From positions 12,586,001 to 12,650,000 of the forward strand of contig OZ316775.1 in NCBI GenBank assembly GCA_973851085.1: a DNA stretch of 64,000 nt, given 5' to 3'. Position numbers and translations under genes: made by a program. This document shows positions 10,909 to 21,971 of the stretch, in pieces. Position 1 is the first letter of the stretch; the number at the start of each line of letters is the position of its first letter. Origin of the DNA: Ptychomitrium polyphyllum. Lineage: Eukaryota. The notes under the pieces were generated by a model, which was not told the DNA's origin, ran no database searches, and saw nothing but the letters and a program-made list of their open reading frames with translations.

Positions 10909-12791
10909 GGTACTATTATAAGTCTATTTCCTAGCAATTAATGCTAATAGTTAACAATTAATGAAAATTGACCAATTGAGTCAATTCTTTGGCTTACAAA
11001 GTTCATGCTTGGTTCCAGATAGAAGGCATTGGATACTATTGGTGGTTACAAGGACCAATGAATCATTTAAATTGAGAAAAGCAATTGGAGTATGTTGCAG
11101 ATACCATGTGATAAATTTATGGCTTTTTACAGTTCTAAGCATTTGTTGTTCATTGGAGACCTTGGAGCTAGAATGGGAGGCAATGTCATAGACATACATA
11201 GTAGAAGCATCTAAACAGGTTTTTGGAGGATTTAGAAAGCTTTCTAGGAATTTCTTTGATTTAGGAAATTTCCAAGGAAATTACCTTGGGCTTAGGAAAC
11301 TTCCGAGGAAGTTGCCTAGACTTAAGTAGCTTCCATGGAAATCACCTTCCACTTAGAAAGGTTGTAAAGAATTTGTTTTGGCTGTGGAAGCTTCCAAAGA
11401 AGTTATTTTGGCCTAGGAGACTTCCAAGGAAGCAACTCAAGGTTGCTTGAGTACAAAGCAATGTAGGTGAAGCTTCTAAAGAAGCTTCCGAGGCTTGTGG
11501 TTCTAGTATATATAGGGGTTGAGACTGAAGAGTTCTTTAGTTTTGACATTGCATTTCTTGTGGACTTGCTCAGACCTTCTTACCTTGTCTTTTGTACTTA
11601 TAGCTCTTTATTTGTAATATTCTTTGGAAATGGTTTTTTAACATCATGAAATCCTGGAGCCTTGTCTTATGGTTACTATGTCCGTAAGATCCTTATACAT
11701 TGGCAAGGATATGATATCTATAATCAAACATTGGAACCTTCGATGAATGCAACAAATGCATGTGAAAAGGTATGCGAATTTTATCAAAGATATATTTAGA
11801 AACCAGGTTAGTAATGACATGTTATCGGTAACCGTTTACTTCACAAAGAATTTTTTCCCTCATAGACAAGTATAAAAAAAGAAGAGAGATATCCAACTTC
11901 CAATTGTATGCAACATTATTTTCAAGATAGATCATCTCTTGATCCTAGCTAGTATGTCAAATCTTCATGTTATCATAGATATGCGTGAAGAGCAATTGGC
12001 CATGCCTTCATCAACAGCAGTTTCTGTTGAGCCAACTCAACTTTCTCAGCTTTCAGTCAAAGAGGATCTAAGTCAAGATATGAGAGGGACATTCCAATAT
12101 CGAGTGCAACCTTGTGCAGAAGTATTGGCTAGTTGCCCTTCACATTCCAATCTTGATTCAGATGCTCGCGCTCTAGTCATTTTATTAGAAATTGGAAGAA
12201 TTACTCTTGGAGGACCCGAGATCTTGTTTGGAGGATATTTTAAAGGACTTAATTAAGATCAGATCTTGAGATGGGACATTTGAGCAACAAAAGTCTTGGC
12301 TGGTGGTCATTGATGTTTCTTGCAAGGACTAGTTGAATCAGTGAACAACGAACAACAAGCAGAATATGTTGTTTCAATCCTTCGACAAATTTTGGAAGTT
12401 GTGGAAATGTGACGAGCAAGCCACAAGAAGAGCTCCTCATGGGACTCGTCACTAAATGGGGAGGTGATGTCATGAATATAGATCATGCAACATAGTCCTT
12501 AGAATATATTAAAACCTTCTAGATAATTGTAGTAGCTTTTTAAAATACTATCAAATTTTTCCATAGTTGTTTCTACATTTTTTGGAAAGTTTTACTATCT
12601 CAAGAAAATTCCTAGGAGGATGTCAATTCCATAGAAGATTCTTAGGAATATTCCAACATCTTAGGAAATTTCTTGGAAAGGTTGCATAGACTTCTAAAAC
12701 ATCATTTAGGCTTGTAGGAAGCTTATTTAGAAGTATCATAAAAGAAACAAGCATCATAGTGTAAATAAGAGGCAAGTCAAAATATTCCTTA
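10818..12791. repeat. Left arm of a near-identical 2 kb inverted duplication (partner 34913-36886)
   Basis: Mirror ORFs have a constant coordinate sum of 47704. Only three substitutions were noticed by eye. Confidence 0.95.
10909..11689 (+). mobile_element. 3' end of a second gypsy family (B): PPT and 3' LTR 11184-11689
   Basis: gaatgggaggcaa precedes TGTCATAG; the LTR ends ...gttactatgtccgtaaga. Similar to 12820-13168, 33920-34260 and 47658-47911. Confidence 0.7.
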
Positions 12792-12810
12792 ATCTTGCCA
12801 ACATAGGTTA
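11690..12810 (+). mobile_element. Family A 3' fragment: chromodomain end, extra-ORF region, PPT and truncated 3' LTR
   Basis: LIHWQGYD at about 11693. ORF 11939-12256 is homologous to 5053-5709. aaatggggaggtga precedes TGTCATG at 12468. Confidence 0.88.
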
Positions 12811-12819
12811 TGGTATTCT

Positions 12820-13168
12820 TTAGTCTTGCCATGGCTTAGGAAGCTTCTTAGGAAGTTGTTTTGACTTAGATAGCTTCTTAGAAAGTTACCTTGACCGTAG
12901 AAACTTCTTTGGAGGCAATTCATGGTTGCTTGAGTACAAAGCACTGTAGGTGAAGCTTTTGAAGAAGCTTCCAAGGCTTGTAGTTTTAGTATATATAGAA
13001 GTCAAGGCTGAAGAGCTCTTCAGTTTCGACAACGCATTTCTTGAGGTCTACTTCAGACCTTCTGGCCTTGTCTTCTGTACTTCGTTGTAGCTCTTTATTC
13101 CTAATATACTTGGACTTATCTTGTTCTACAACGTAGAGCCTTGTCTTGTAATTACTTTGTCCATAACA
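12820..13168 (+). mobile_element. Partial family B LTR
   Basis: Similar to 11290-11689 and ends ...gtccataaca. Confidence 0.7.
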
Positions 13169-14115
13169 GTTGTTAGAAGTAAGATTTATCTTATTGCACA
13201 CACTTATAATTTTAGACTTCTAGTGCTTTTGGATGCTATATATTAAATAATGATTTCAAAAAAATTTGGACATATAATAAATTTAGTTCTTTTATTTTTT
13301 ATTTATTTGTTTCAAGTTTTGTAAGTGTTTTTTGTTTAATATAATGTTGAATTGGAAAGATACTATTGTAAATGTAATCAAAGATCTTGTGCCATATCTT
13401 TTAAGTTTTAGCATTATAATCTTAAATATAGATTGTTGAGTATTATAATAAAGCAATTGCATCTTGTATTAAATACATAGTTGTCATTACTATGAGTCAT
13501 ATTTATGATGAAATCTCTTAATAATGTTGATACTAAAATAAAGTGGGAACTATAATTACGGAAAATTGTCACATAGACTCATATTAAAAATTTTATATCC
13601 AAATCAATGTGAATAAGATAACAAAAACTTGACAAATATTTATTTACTTATTATGTTCCCACTAATTTGAAAATTCTCTATTGGAGATCAGTGTAGTATC
13701 CCACACTATTATTGGTCTCAAACAAAAGGCAATAATGGGTATAATGAACAAGTCACCTACCCTTCAAGACACTTGGATTGCTACCACTTTTCATGGTTGC
13801 ACAAGTGCCTTAATACACTACAAAGCAAAGTCCTTGAGGTAATATATAATTCCTTTATAAATCCAAAGTCAAACGCTACATGGAAATTTGAAAACAACGT
13901 CCCTTGAGCAACGTCCTACAGCATTATCCTGCTGAAAGATTTTCTTGCATGACAATATAGCAGATTCAGGGAATTAATTACAGGGGTTTGAGCTCGTACA
14001 TACTTAAGGAGGCACACTGCAAATAATTAGGGTATAAATCAGGTATGGTTCTAGAACTATAATTCTTGCACCAACGCCACCACTAATTTGATTGCATCTA
14101 TGCACTCTTAGAATA

Positions 14116-15980
14116 TCAAAGATTGAACATGACTTTGATAGCATTGCCTCCACGGGCGCTCATGTGGAATGCATCCTTGATATCTTGCTCCGAGAACTTG
14201 TATCGATGGGTAATGAGTGGTTTGACGTCCACTCGTCCACTCTTGATCAAGTCCAAACACAACGGATATGTGTTGCGGTAACGGAATACACCAAGAATAT
14301 CCACTTCCCTGTACAGCCACAGGGTCCACCTTACTATCAAGCTAGACTCAACAGCCTTATGCACTAGAGAAAGTAATAAATCCGACAATGAATCTACGCA
14401 AGCATTTACGAATTCCCATACAGTAGGATCAGGTGATGCCCAGAGTCACAAATTAGACTAGACGCAGGACCATGTAACATATAAATTTCCATGACAGTAG
14501 TTTACATTGAGCCTGGAGCAGCAGTGCATTGATTAATGTATACCGAGAAATGGCAGCGGTGATGGGCAGCGTCATGTCCGTCTCTCGCATGCCCACCACG
14601 CACACACGGCCAGCAGAGCGTGTAATTTCCAAGCACGTCGTCAGGCTTTTCGTCGACCCCACGCAGTCACACGATACATCGATCGCCTCGCCCATTTTCT
14701 TCCGGATTTCTTTGATTTCCCTCCCCATCTCCTGAACAACAGCATTCAAAAGGCATATTCAAGCTTACGACGCATGAAATCATTCAGTCATTCAGTTTTC
14801 AGCACTGAACGTAGACAGCCTAATTGTGATCAAGCCACTCGATGCGACAATAAGGTCAATGCCTAACATTTGCGAGTGAGTTGGTCGAGCAGACTTCAGT
14901 ATCTACCTCTGAATTTCTGGAGATCAGAACAGTTTCGTCTGCGCCGAGTTCCTTGGCAGACGTCAATCGCTCGCTGTGAGTGTCAGCTACAATGATCCGC
15001 GGGCTTCCGAATGCTTTGGCCACAAGCATGGTGACCAACCCGATGGCACCACCGCCGACGATCAATACGCGCGTCTCAGGGCCCACATGCGCGCGGCGGC
15101 AAGCGTGAACCCCGACGCTCAACGGCTCGCACATGGCCCCCTCTTCCAGTGACACGCTCTCAGGCAACTTGAAGCACAGTTCTGCCGGATGCACCACCTG
15201 ATCCGCAAGGGAACCATGCACTGGAGGGGTGGCAAAGAACGCCATGTCTGGGCATAAATTGTAAAGGCCCTCGCGACAGAAGGAGCATTTCGAGCACGGC
15301 ACTCCTGGTTCCAATGCCACCCGATCTCCGGGGACCAAGTGCTTTACCTCGCTTCCCACTTCCTCCACAACCCCCGCGCTCTCATGGCCTATCACCATAG
15401 GCTCTTTCACCTCATATGCACCCACCTTCAGATGCTGACGCAAGACAGCATACCCAACACCAACAACAACAACAACAACAACAACAACACGATATCATTA
15501 TATCAAAGAGAGCTGGATTCAAAAGTACTCTAGCTCACGTCATAAGCATGGAGTGAAACTGGCATCCAGGACCCCGTCCAGGAATTACTCCTTGATCTCT
15601 ACCTTGAGGTAATGGACATCGCTTCCACAGATCCCGACGGCCTTAATGCGCACCCTCAGTTGCTCAGGACCTGCGCAATTCCACCACTCTCGTCTTCACT
15701 ACAACCCAAGGGTCCCATATTCGAAGCTTCAACACTAAAATGTTAAAGTTTCACCATTTCATCCATTCACTCAAAAGATGACAGCAAACCTGATGGGATT
15801 TATGGAGTCAATGAAATTAGTGGATAAAGCATTAATAGGTAGGCCAAGGAAAGGGGACTTGAAATTACCCAGAGATTCTGGCAGCTTGTAGGGCTCTAGC
15901 TTCAAGTTGTTGATGCCGCAAATGTAAGCACCTCGATTCCCCTGGGAGCGCTTTGCGCCCTTGTCCATTTCCAGCGCCAT
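14116..15980 (-). CDS. SDH: Sorbitol dehydrogenase (Zn-dependent MDR), 362 aa. Exons 15869-15980, 15603-15670, 14907-15434, 14544-14731, 14116-14308
   Basis: GICGSDVHY, GHE, structural Zn motif CSKCSFCREGLYNLC, GGGAIG, GVFRY and AIKVMFNL. All GT-AG junctions are phase-compatible and total 1089 nt. Confidence 0.96.
15461..15489. repeat. (CAA)n microsatellite in SDH intron 2
   Basis: Read directly from the sequence. Confidence 0.95.
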
Positions 15981-16810
15981 TTAAATTGTTGTATGTTCGA
16001 CTATGTCTGATGTCACATGCAACTTCGAGGAAAAACATTAATTGAGGTCAATCCACCTTGATAACGTTCAACCAATAGCAAACGGCATTAATCTACACAC
16101 AACGTGCCTCTGTAGTTCGGTGTGGTGCTGGATGTCACTCATCATAATTACGGAACTTCCATATCTGGCACAAAGGCTACGTCACGAATTTCGAGGAGTC
16201 TGCATATCGCAATCTGATATTACTGCGATCGTGAAAGTTCGATTATGGATTAAGGATTGTTGAGAATTGTCCGTCTTCTAACTGCTCTAAGGTGACAATA
16301 CTACGTCCGTCTAGTGTCGGGAGCGCAATTAACATCAGAGCAACACAGAAGTTGGAAGGTACACAGGAGTAAAAGGCGAATCATTCAGACCCAGTGATCA
16401 TCTATACATCAAACTCGGACAAACATCTGCATGCATGCCCTAATTGCAGCTAGCAGGAACAAGGGAGCAAGGCGCACCAATTCAATGAAATGCCCGGTCG
16501 ACCACCTCTACAATTCGACTTGTTGGCTGTGGTGTATATGTAGGAAGGATCTGCGACAGAGTGAAGTAGCAGGAGTCTCGTGAGGAGCTCACCCTGACGT
16601 GCTCCACTGGTGTGGATGACCCGAAGTGCCTGCCCCTCTGGACGTACACCACTAGTGAGAAGTTTGTTAAGATACAACAACATTGACATCGTACCACTGC
16701 CCAGAAAGCGAGTCCGAAGGGAGGAGTTGGTGGGGAGTTAGTTGGTGCCACATGGCAGAGGCGCTGTCGAGGGCGTGCGGCCTGAAGTACTTGCCCCTCT
16801 CGATGCACCC

Positions 16811-16912
16811 CCACGTATCGCTCACTCTCGCATCATGCATGCATGCGTGTAATCTTCGTACCTACACCCACACGCAGTGTCGACTTGTGCAGAGCCATAT
16901 ATTTTGCCACGT
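16811..16912 (-). promoter_or_regulatory. ABRE and RY cluster upstream of SDH
   Basis: CCACGT 16811-16816, CATGCATGCATG 16834-16845, GCCACGT 16906-16912. A likely 5'UTR splice donor (GTGAG) lies near 16588. Confidence 0.5.
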
Positions 16913-18452
16913 CCCTCTCACTTGCCCTGTCTCCCGCTGTCCATTCCACCTACTCTTAGTTCTGCTTCTTTGATCCGTCGTCGGTCTGCTGTTGTGTCTC
17001 GAGAGCTTATTCGACTTGAGTTCTAAATTCCTTTTTACATAGCGATCATCTTCCAAATCAACATGTATTTTCTCGTCACTCTTTCGTCACAGCTTTGCTT
17101 GACCTAGCATGAGAATGTCGTACCTATTGCAATATTCCTCAGACTCATCGTCGTCGGAGGGTGTGATTGTGTTTCTCGAGAAGATGCACACCCAAAACCG
17201 ACGCTCTAACTTGGAAACCCTAGAATTACTCACACTCATCTATAAATTTTAGACGAGTTTAAGGTCTTCGGAAAATTCAATATCATAATCTGGCGTGGAT
17301 GCAGAGAAATCAGACACCCTGGTGACCGCTCTCGGTAACCTACTCTTGAAAATTTAACAAGTCAGTCATGGAGGTTTCATAATGTAAGGCTATGGCCATT
17401 GAGATTTGGAGCACCTCAAAGTGCAGCTCCACTCAAACTCGTATCCAAATGCTCGTACATGCAAGGGTGATAACTCTATCTCTGCCTTAACATTTTCGAT
17501 GCTGCTTACTATATACTACGTGCATAACAGAAGGAAAGAGGTTGAATGTGTTCTGCAAATTGAACTTACTGCTTGTAACTGCACTGGTCTCCCTGAATCT
17601 GTTGATATTTAGGGCTTGCATATGTGTTCGAATGTGATGATGTTTCATTACATCTGCCCTGCATCTCTCAGGTCTACATTAGGTCTTCCTTTTTAGCTTT
17701 CGGTGCAGGTGCTTGCGAAAATGCTGTGTCTCTAGTCTTAGATTTAGTTCAGCACTTCAGTCACGGGCAGGCAGCAATGCTTCATTCCGCAAAAGATTCA
17801 CCTCAACTTTACTTTCTTCAGAAGCATCGTTTCTTCTTTCCTTTCGTTGTGTAACTTATTTTATTGGGAGGATCTTTTTCCTTCCAGCTTCGGAAACGCT
17901 GGTATTTTGGATCCACTTTTGCAGCGAACACATTGTCGAAGATGTGTCTATTCATCAAACACAGCGTATTACACCGCACGGCCTGCCTGATAATTCTGTT
18001 AACATATCTTGATGTGTCTTCTTCAGATTGGATATAAAAGGGGTGTAAGCAGTAGAAGTTTCGAAGTGGGAGATCTAAAGGCAGCGCCCCTCTGATGTAC
18101 GCTCTTATATATCTGATCACACGAATCTGTACTCGTAGGTTATATAGTTGATATCTATTATATTAGCTACAGCACACGCTTGAAGTTTGTCACAAGCACA
18201 ATCCAGCTTCCAAAATTGTCTGAAATGCGGGAATGCACCAATCAAGGGAGACCGCTCAAAGAGAGGTCCCCTACAAGAAGGATTACAAATGTGATTTGTA
18301 CACAACTCGTATTTGAAGAAGCACTCGTAAATTACAAGAAACTGCATTAAGATAATCCAATCTGCTTACTACTATCTACCAATGTAGGCCATCCGCTAAT
18401 TCGCCTGCTTAACTACTCAAATTCAGCTCAAGGAACTGCGCAGAATCATTTT

Positions 18453-19840
18453 CTACTTAAGCAGAGAAGCTTCGAGTGCTGTGTTATTGGAAGACTCAGG
18501 CGCAGCGGTGGCATCGACTCCCTTGGTGACTTCGTCGGGAATGTCTTGGTCCGGTAGTGCAACCAAAAACGTGGGCACGCCTTCGTAGTGCTCTCCCTGT
18601 TGAGCTTTATTGAACACATCCTCAGAATCAAACTGCTCGACGCCAAAATCACTAGTCAGACTTTTCTCACCTAATGTGGTATCAGCCTTCAACACTCCCT
18701 TGTTCACTTCCTCGGGGATTTCCTCGTCTGGCAAGGCTACCAAAAAGGTCGGCACACCTCCATGATGTTCTCGTTGAGCATTGCTAAAGATCTCGCCGGA
18801 GTGGAGTTGCTTGTCCTGCGTTGAATAATGTTGGTCCTTAGTCGGCACTGCACTCACATCAGACGAAGTCTCCTTATTGATCTCGTCAGGAATGTCCTGG
18901 TCCGGCAGCGCCACCAAAAACGTGGGCACACCCTCGTGATGCTCTCCTTGTTGAGCCTTGTTGAAAACTTCCTCGGAATCGAATTCCCCTCCATCATGAG
19001 CACCGGTCTCATCACTCACATCAGAAGCTGCTGTGCCCTTGGTCGCTTCGTCCGGAATGTCTTGGCCTGGCAATGCAACCAAAAATGTGGGTACCCCGCC
19101 ATGGTGCTCTGCTTCATGGCCCACCAGACTGTTCAAGTCTGGCGTCGGGAGTCCCTGATGTTGCCCTTCAGGCAGAACGTGGCTCGTAACAGGGGCAGGC
19201 GTAGCTTCCACTGGCTTGGCAACAGCCGGCTTCGCTTCCTTCACGGGAGGAGGCGTAGACACAGCAGCGCCCGTTACACTCTTGCTTGAAACTGCTACCG
19301 AGTCGGTGGTTACCTGGCTTGGAACGTCTACTTCGTGGTTCTTGTGCTGGTCGCCGATGTGGAGCTTGTCTTTGATCTTCTGCAGAAATCCCGGGTGCTC
19401 TGCATCTGCATTCATAGCTTCGAGCGCTACGTTTAATGACTAGGCAAATGTACAATCACACTAATTCCTATCACCAATTCCGTACTAGTTCATGTACATG
19501 TCACCCCACCCCAAGTGAGGATCTTTGCGTAATTTTAAGCTACTAATAAATCCAAGCTCTAGAAGGCAGTGTCGTAAACGCAGCACCTAATCCGAGGTCA
19601 ACCTGAGACCACTACACAGCAGGTAAATATTCCTTTCTACGGCGTATGCAGTATGATCAACTGGATCCTTGAAGCATTTCCGCTCCCAAAACTTATAGCC
19701 TGCAAGCTCACATTCGGGTACACATATTTGTTCTGACTAAACGACGAAGAGCCAAGGAAGCCTGAGCGGCTTTGGGTTTCACCTTTTCGATGCTCCGCTG
19801 CTGAGGATGTCACGGCATTGTCGTCATGCAGATTCGCCAT
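18453..19840 (-). CDS. Acidic hydrophilic repeat protein, dehydrin/LEA-like, about 336 aa. Exons 19783-19840 and 18453-19405
   Basis: A 320-codon ORF joined in phase 1 to upstream exon MANLHDDNAVTSSAAEHRK. K-segment-like EHPGFLQKIKDKLHIG and four EHxxGVPTFLVALPxxxIPxE repeats. Probable 5'UTR donor CAG|GTGAG near 20269. Confidence 0.85.
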
Positions 19841-20201
19841 AATTACCACGATAACTGTAAAGAAGAATGATGACAAAGAAACATTTGAAGATTGCACATA
19901 CGCTTAGCGATAGATAAATTATTCCTCAAGTAAAAAATAGTTTCCATGCAAAATTCTACTTGCAGTTGGAAAGCCTTGAATCAATTAGGATAGCTGAGTC
20001 TGAACGAGAAGAGCCATAGCCTTAACACTAGATTCAAAAAACTCAAGGGATACGGAAAATAGGCACTTAAATGGCTTAGAATCCGCAGGACCGAACAAGA
20101 TGACAACGGCAGTGACAAGATCCAACAAGTGATCAAAGGAGAAACAGAGACGAGCTAAGGTGAAGTGACAAAGACATACCTATCTATCTATGTATATAAA
20201 C

Positions 20202-20205
<4 letters not shown>

Positions 20206-20239
<34 letters not shown>
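20206..20239. repeat. (TA)n microsatellite
   Basis: Read directly; lies in the putative 5'UTR intron. Confidence 0.95.
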
Positions 20240-20242
<3 letters not shown>

Positions 20243-20397
20243 CACACATACATTGAGTGATATACTCACCTGCAGTACTGGAAGAAGAAAAACGGTGGTA
20301 CGATGTATGAAGTTGGGTGGTACCGGCGGGGGAGCTTGAGGGGAGATGGAGAGCAGGGAAGAGGAGTGACGGAAGTTGGAAACGATGAGGACGCTGG

Positions 20398-20498
20398 CAT
20401 GCACCACTCTTCTGAGTTTTACGCACTTGAGATGACGAGACGCTGCTCTTCTGAGCACCCTCACGCTCTCCCCGCCCGCCACGTAGGCATGCACGCGT
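20398..20498 (-). promoter_or_regulatory. ABRE, RY and CE3-like module upstream of the dehydrin-like gene
   Basis: GCCACGT 20478-20484, CATGCA 20488-20493 and 20398-20403, ACGCGT 20493-20498. Confidence 0.6.
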
Positions 20499-21971
20499 CG
20501 CACCGTCACGGTTACCCTGTCCTCCCCGCTGCAATGCCCTGTGGGCGTGGTCAAGGCCCCCACCACACCAGATCAGAATATGCAAATAATATGGTCCTAT
20601 TGTGTCTTTGTAATAATTCGACCCTAGCTGGCTTCATTGCGTCATTGCGTCATTGCATCATTGCATCATCCCTCTGATCTCGTAGCCTCGTGTGAACACG
20701 CACATCTTTCCTTCCAAGTTCCCCACTGGTAACTGGACTGTATTGTTCGCAATTTAGCTTTCGAGTCCTGTACAACAACTCTCAAAGTTTCATGTAGTGT
20801 ACAATACTCAAATTGAAGTTCCAGCTTACTTTATACTTACTAATAATAATGCTGACTAACTCTGGGGTCTGTGTTGGTATTGATGTTGTGCTTTGTTGGG
20901 ATATGATGAAAGGATGGACAGTGACCACTTCACGGTTTTTACTGGTGTTCTGAGAAGGACCCTGGTGTAAGTTTTGATGTCCTCACTCGTTACAAATGTT
21001 ATGGAAGCTGCCAGAATTTTCCGTCACTTGAAACCATATCCAATCATATCTGACTCCACGAGTCCACCCTATCCCTAACCATAAGTGCTTTTAGGCAAAA
21101 GTATTCATCGGAGACCTAAAACCATGAAACCATGACTTTGTACACCGACCATCCTGGAATAAAGGGGGTAGATGGAGGGAATAAAGGAGGTGTAGCCGCC
21201 TTGATGTCAGGGTAACCCCGTTGCGTTCCTGGAGAATGTTATGATGCCAGTAAGGTATAAGCACATGTTACTATTAGGGACTTATTCAGTGCCTCACCCA
21301 ATTCCACATGCCCATTTCACAATCTCAAAGGCACATTAATACATCACCCTAAAGAATATACTTAGGTACTTCTGAAGCATGCGAACATCTATTGTTCAAT
21401 TTGCAGTTATGAATGCATTCTGAAATATGGATGCATTAAACTTAAGTAGCACTGAAGGTGAGGAACTCAGACTCAACTCTTGTGGTTTCTGCCAATATTG
21501 TTACTACCTTAGTCGGAACTGCCAGCCTCCCAGTACTGCCAAACAATGCTCACAATCCCGACCTGAAGCAGAGATCTAGGAACGAAACAAGTTATAAAGA
21601 TTCTACCAAAACAGTGTATGACGATGCTGCTCCCCGCTCTTGAATAGCTATTAGTGTAATGCTTGATCTTAAGGTAACAAACAATAATTTCCCGTAAAAC
21701 AGAACAGGGTGTACCTCAAGGATTTACTGTACAGTGTCATATCAGTAATATCTGGAGTGGGTGCCACAACCACACCTATCTGCAGTATTTGGGAGTTCGT
21801 AAAGGTAAGCAACCCTTCCTCCATGTTCTCATATGTGGACTACGTTTCTCGAAGCACTCTGTTTCTACCCTATATATTGTTCAGTCTGTTGAACGCCGTC
21901 CCTTCAGACGGATCCCAGACTGGTATCGTACATTGGATTATTTATATAATTGGGTTGAATATTGGCTTATC

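Noticed and set aside
10961..11649. Duplicated small ORFs (also 36055-36743) as genes
   Set aside because: They lie in TE 3' region or LTR sequence, and their identity is explained by the inverted duplication.
17600..18350. Short ORFs between SDH and the dehydrin-like gene
   Set aside because: No recognisable motif or consistent exon chain was found. A decayed gene fragment cannot be excluded.
18828..19443. Overlapping and antisense ORFs over the repeat gene (similarly 29035-29667 and 57111-57638)
   Set aside because: Shadow frames of GC-rich real exons.
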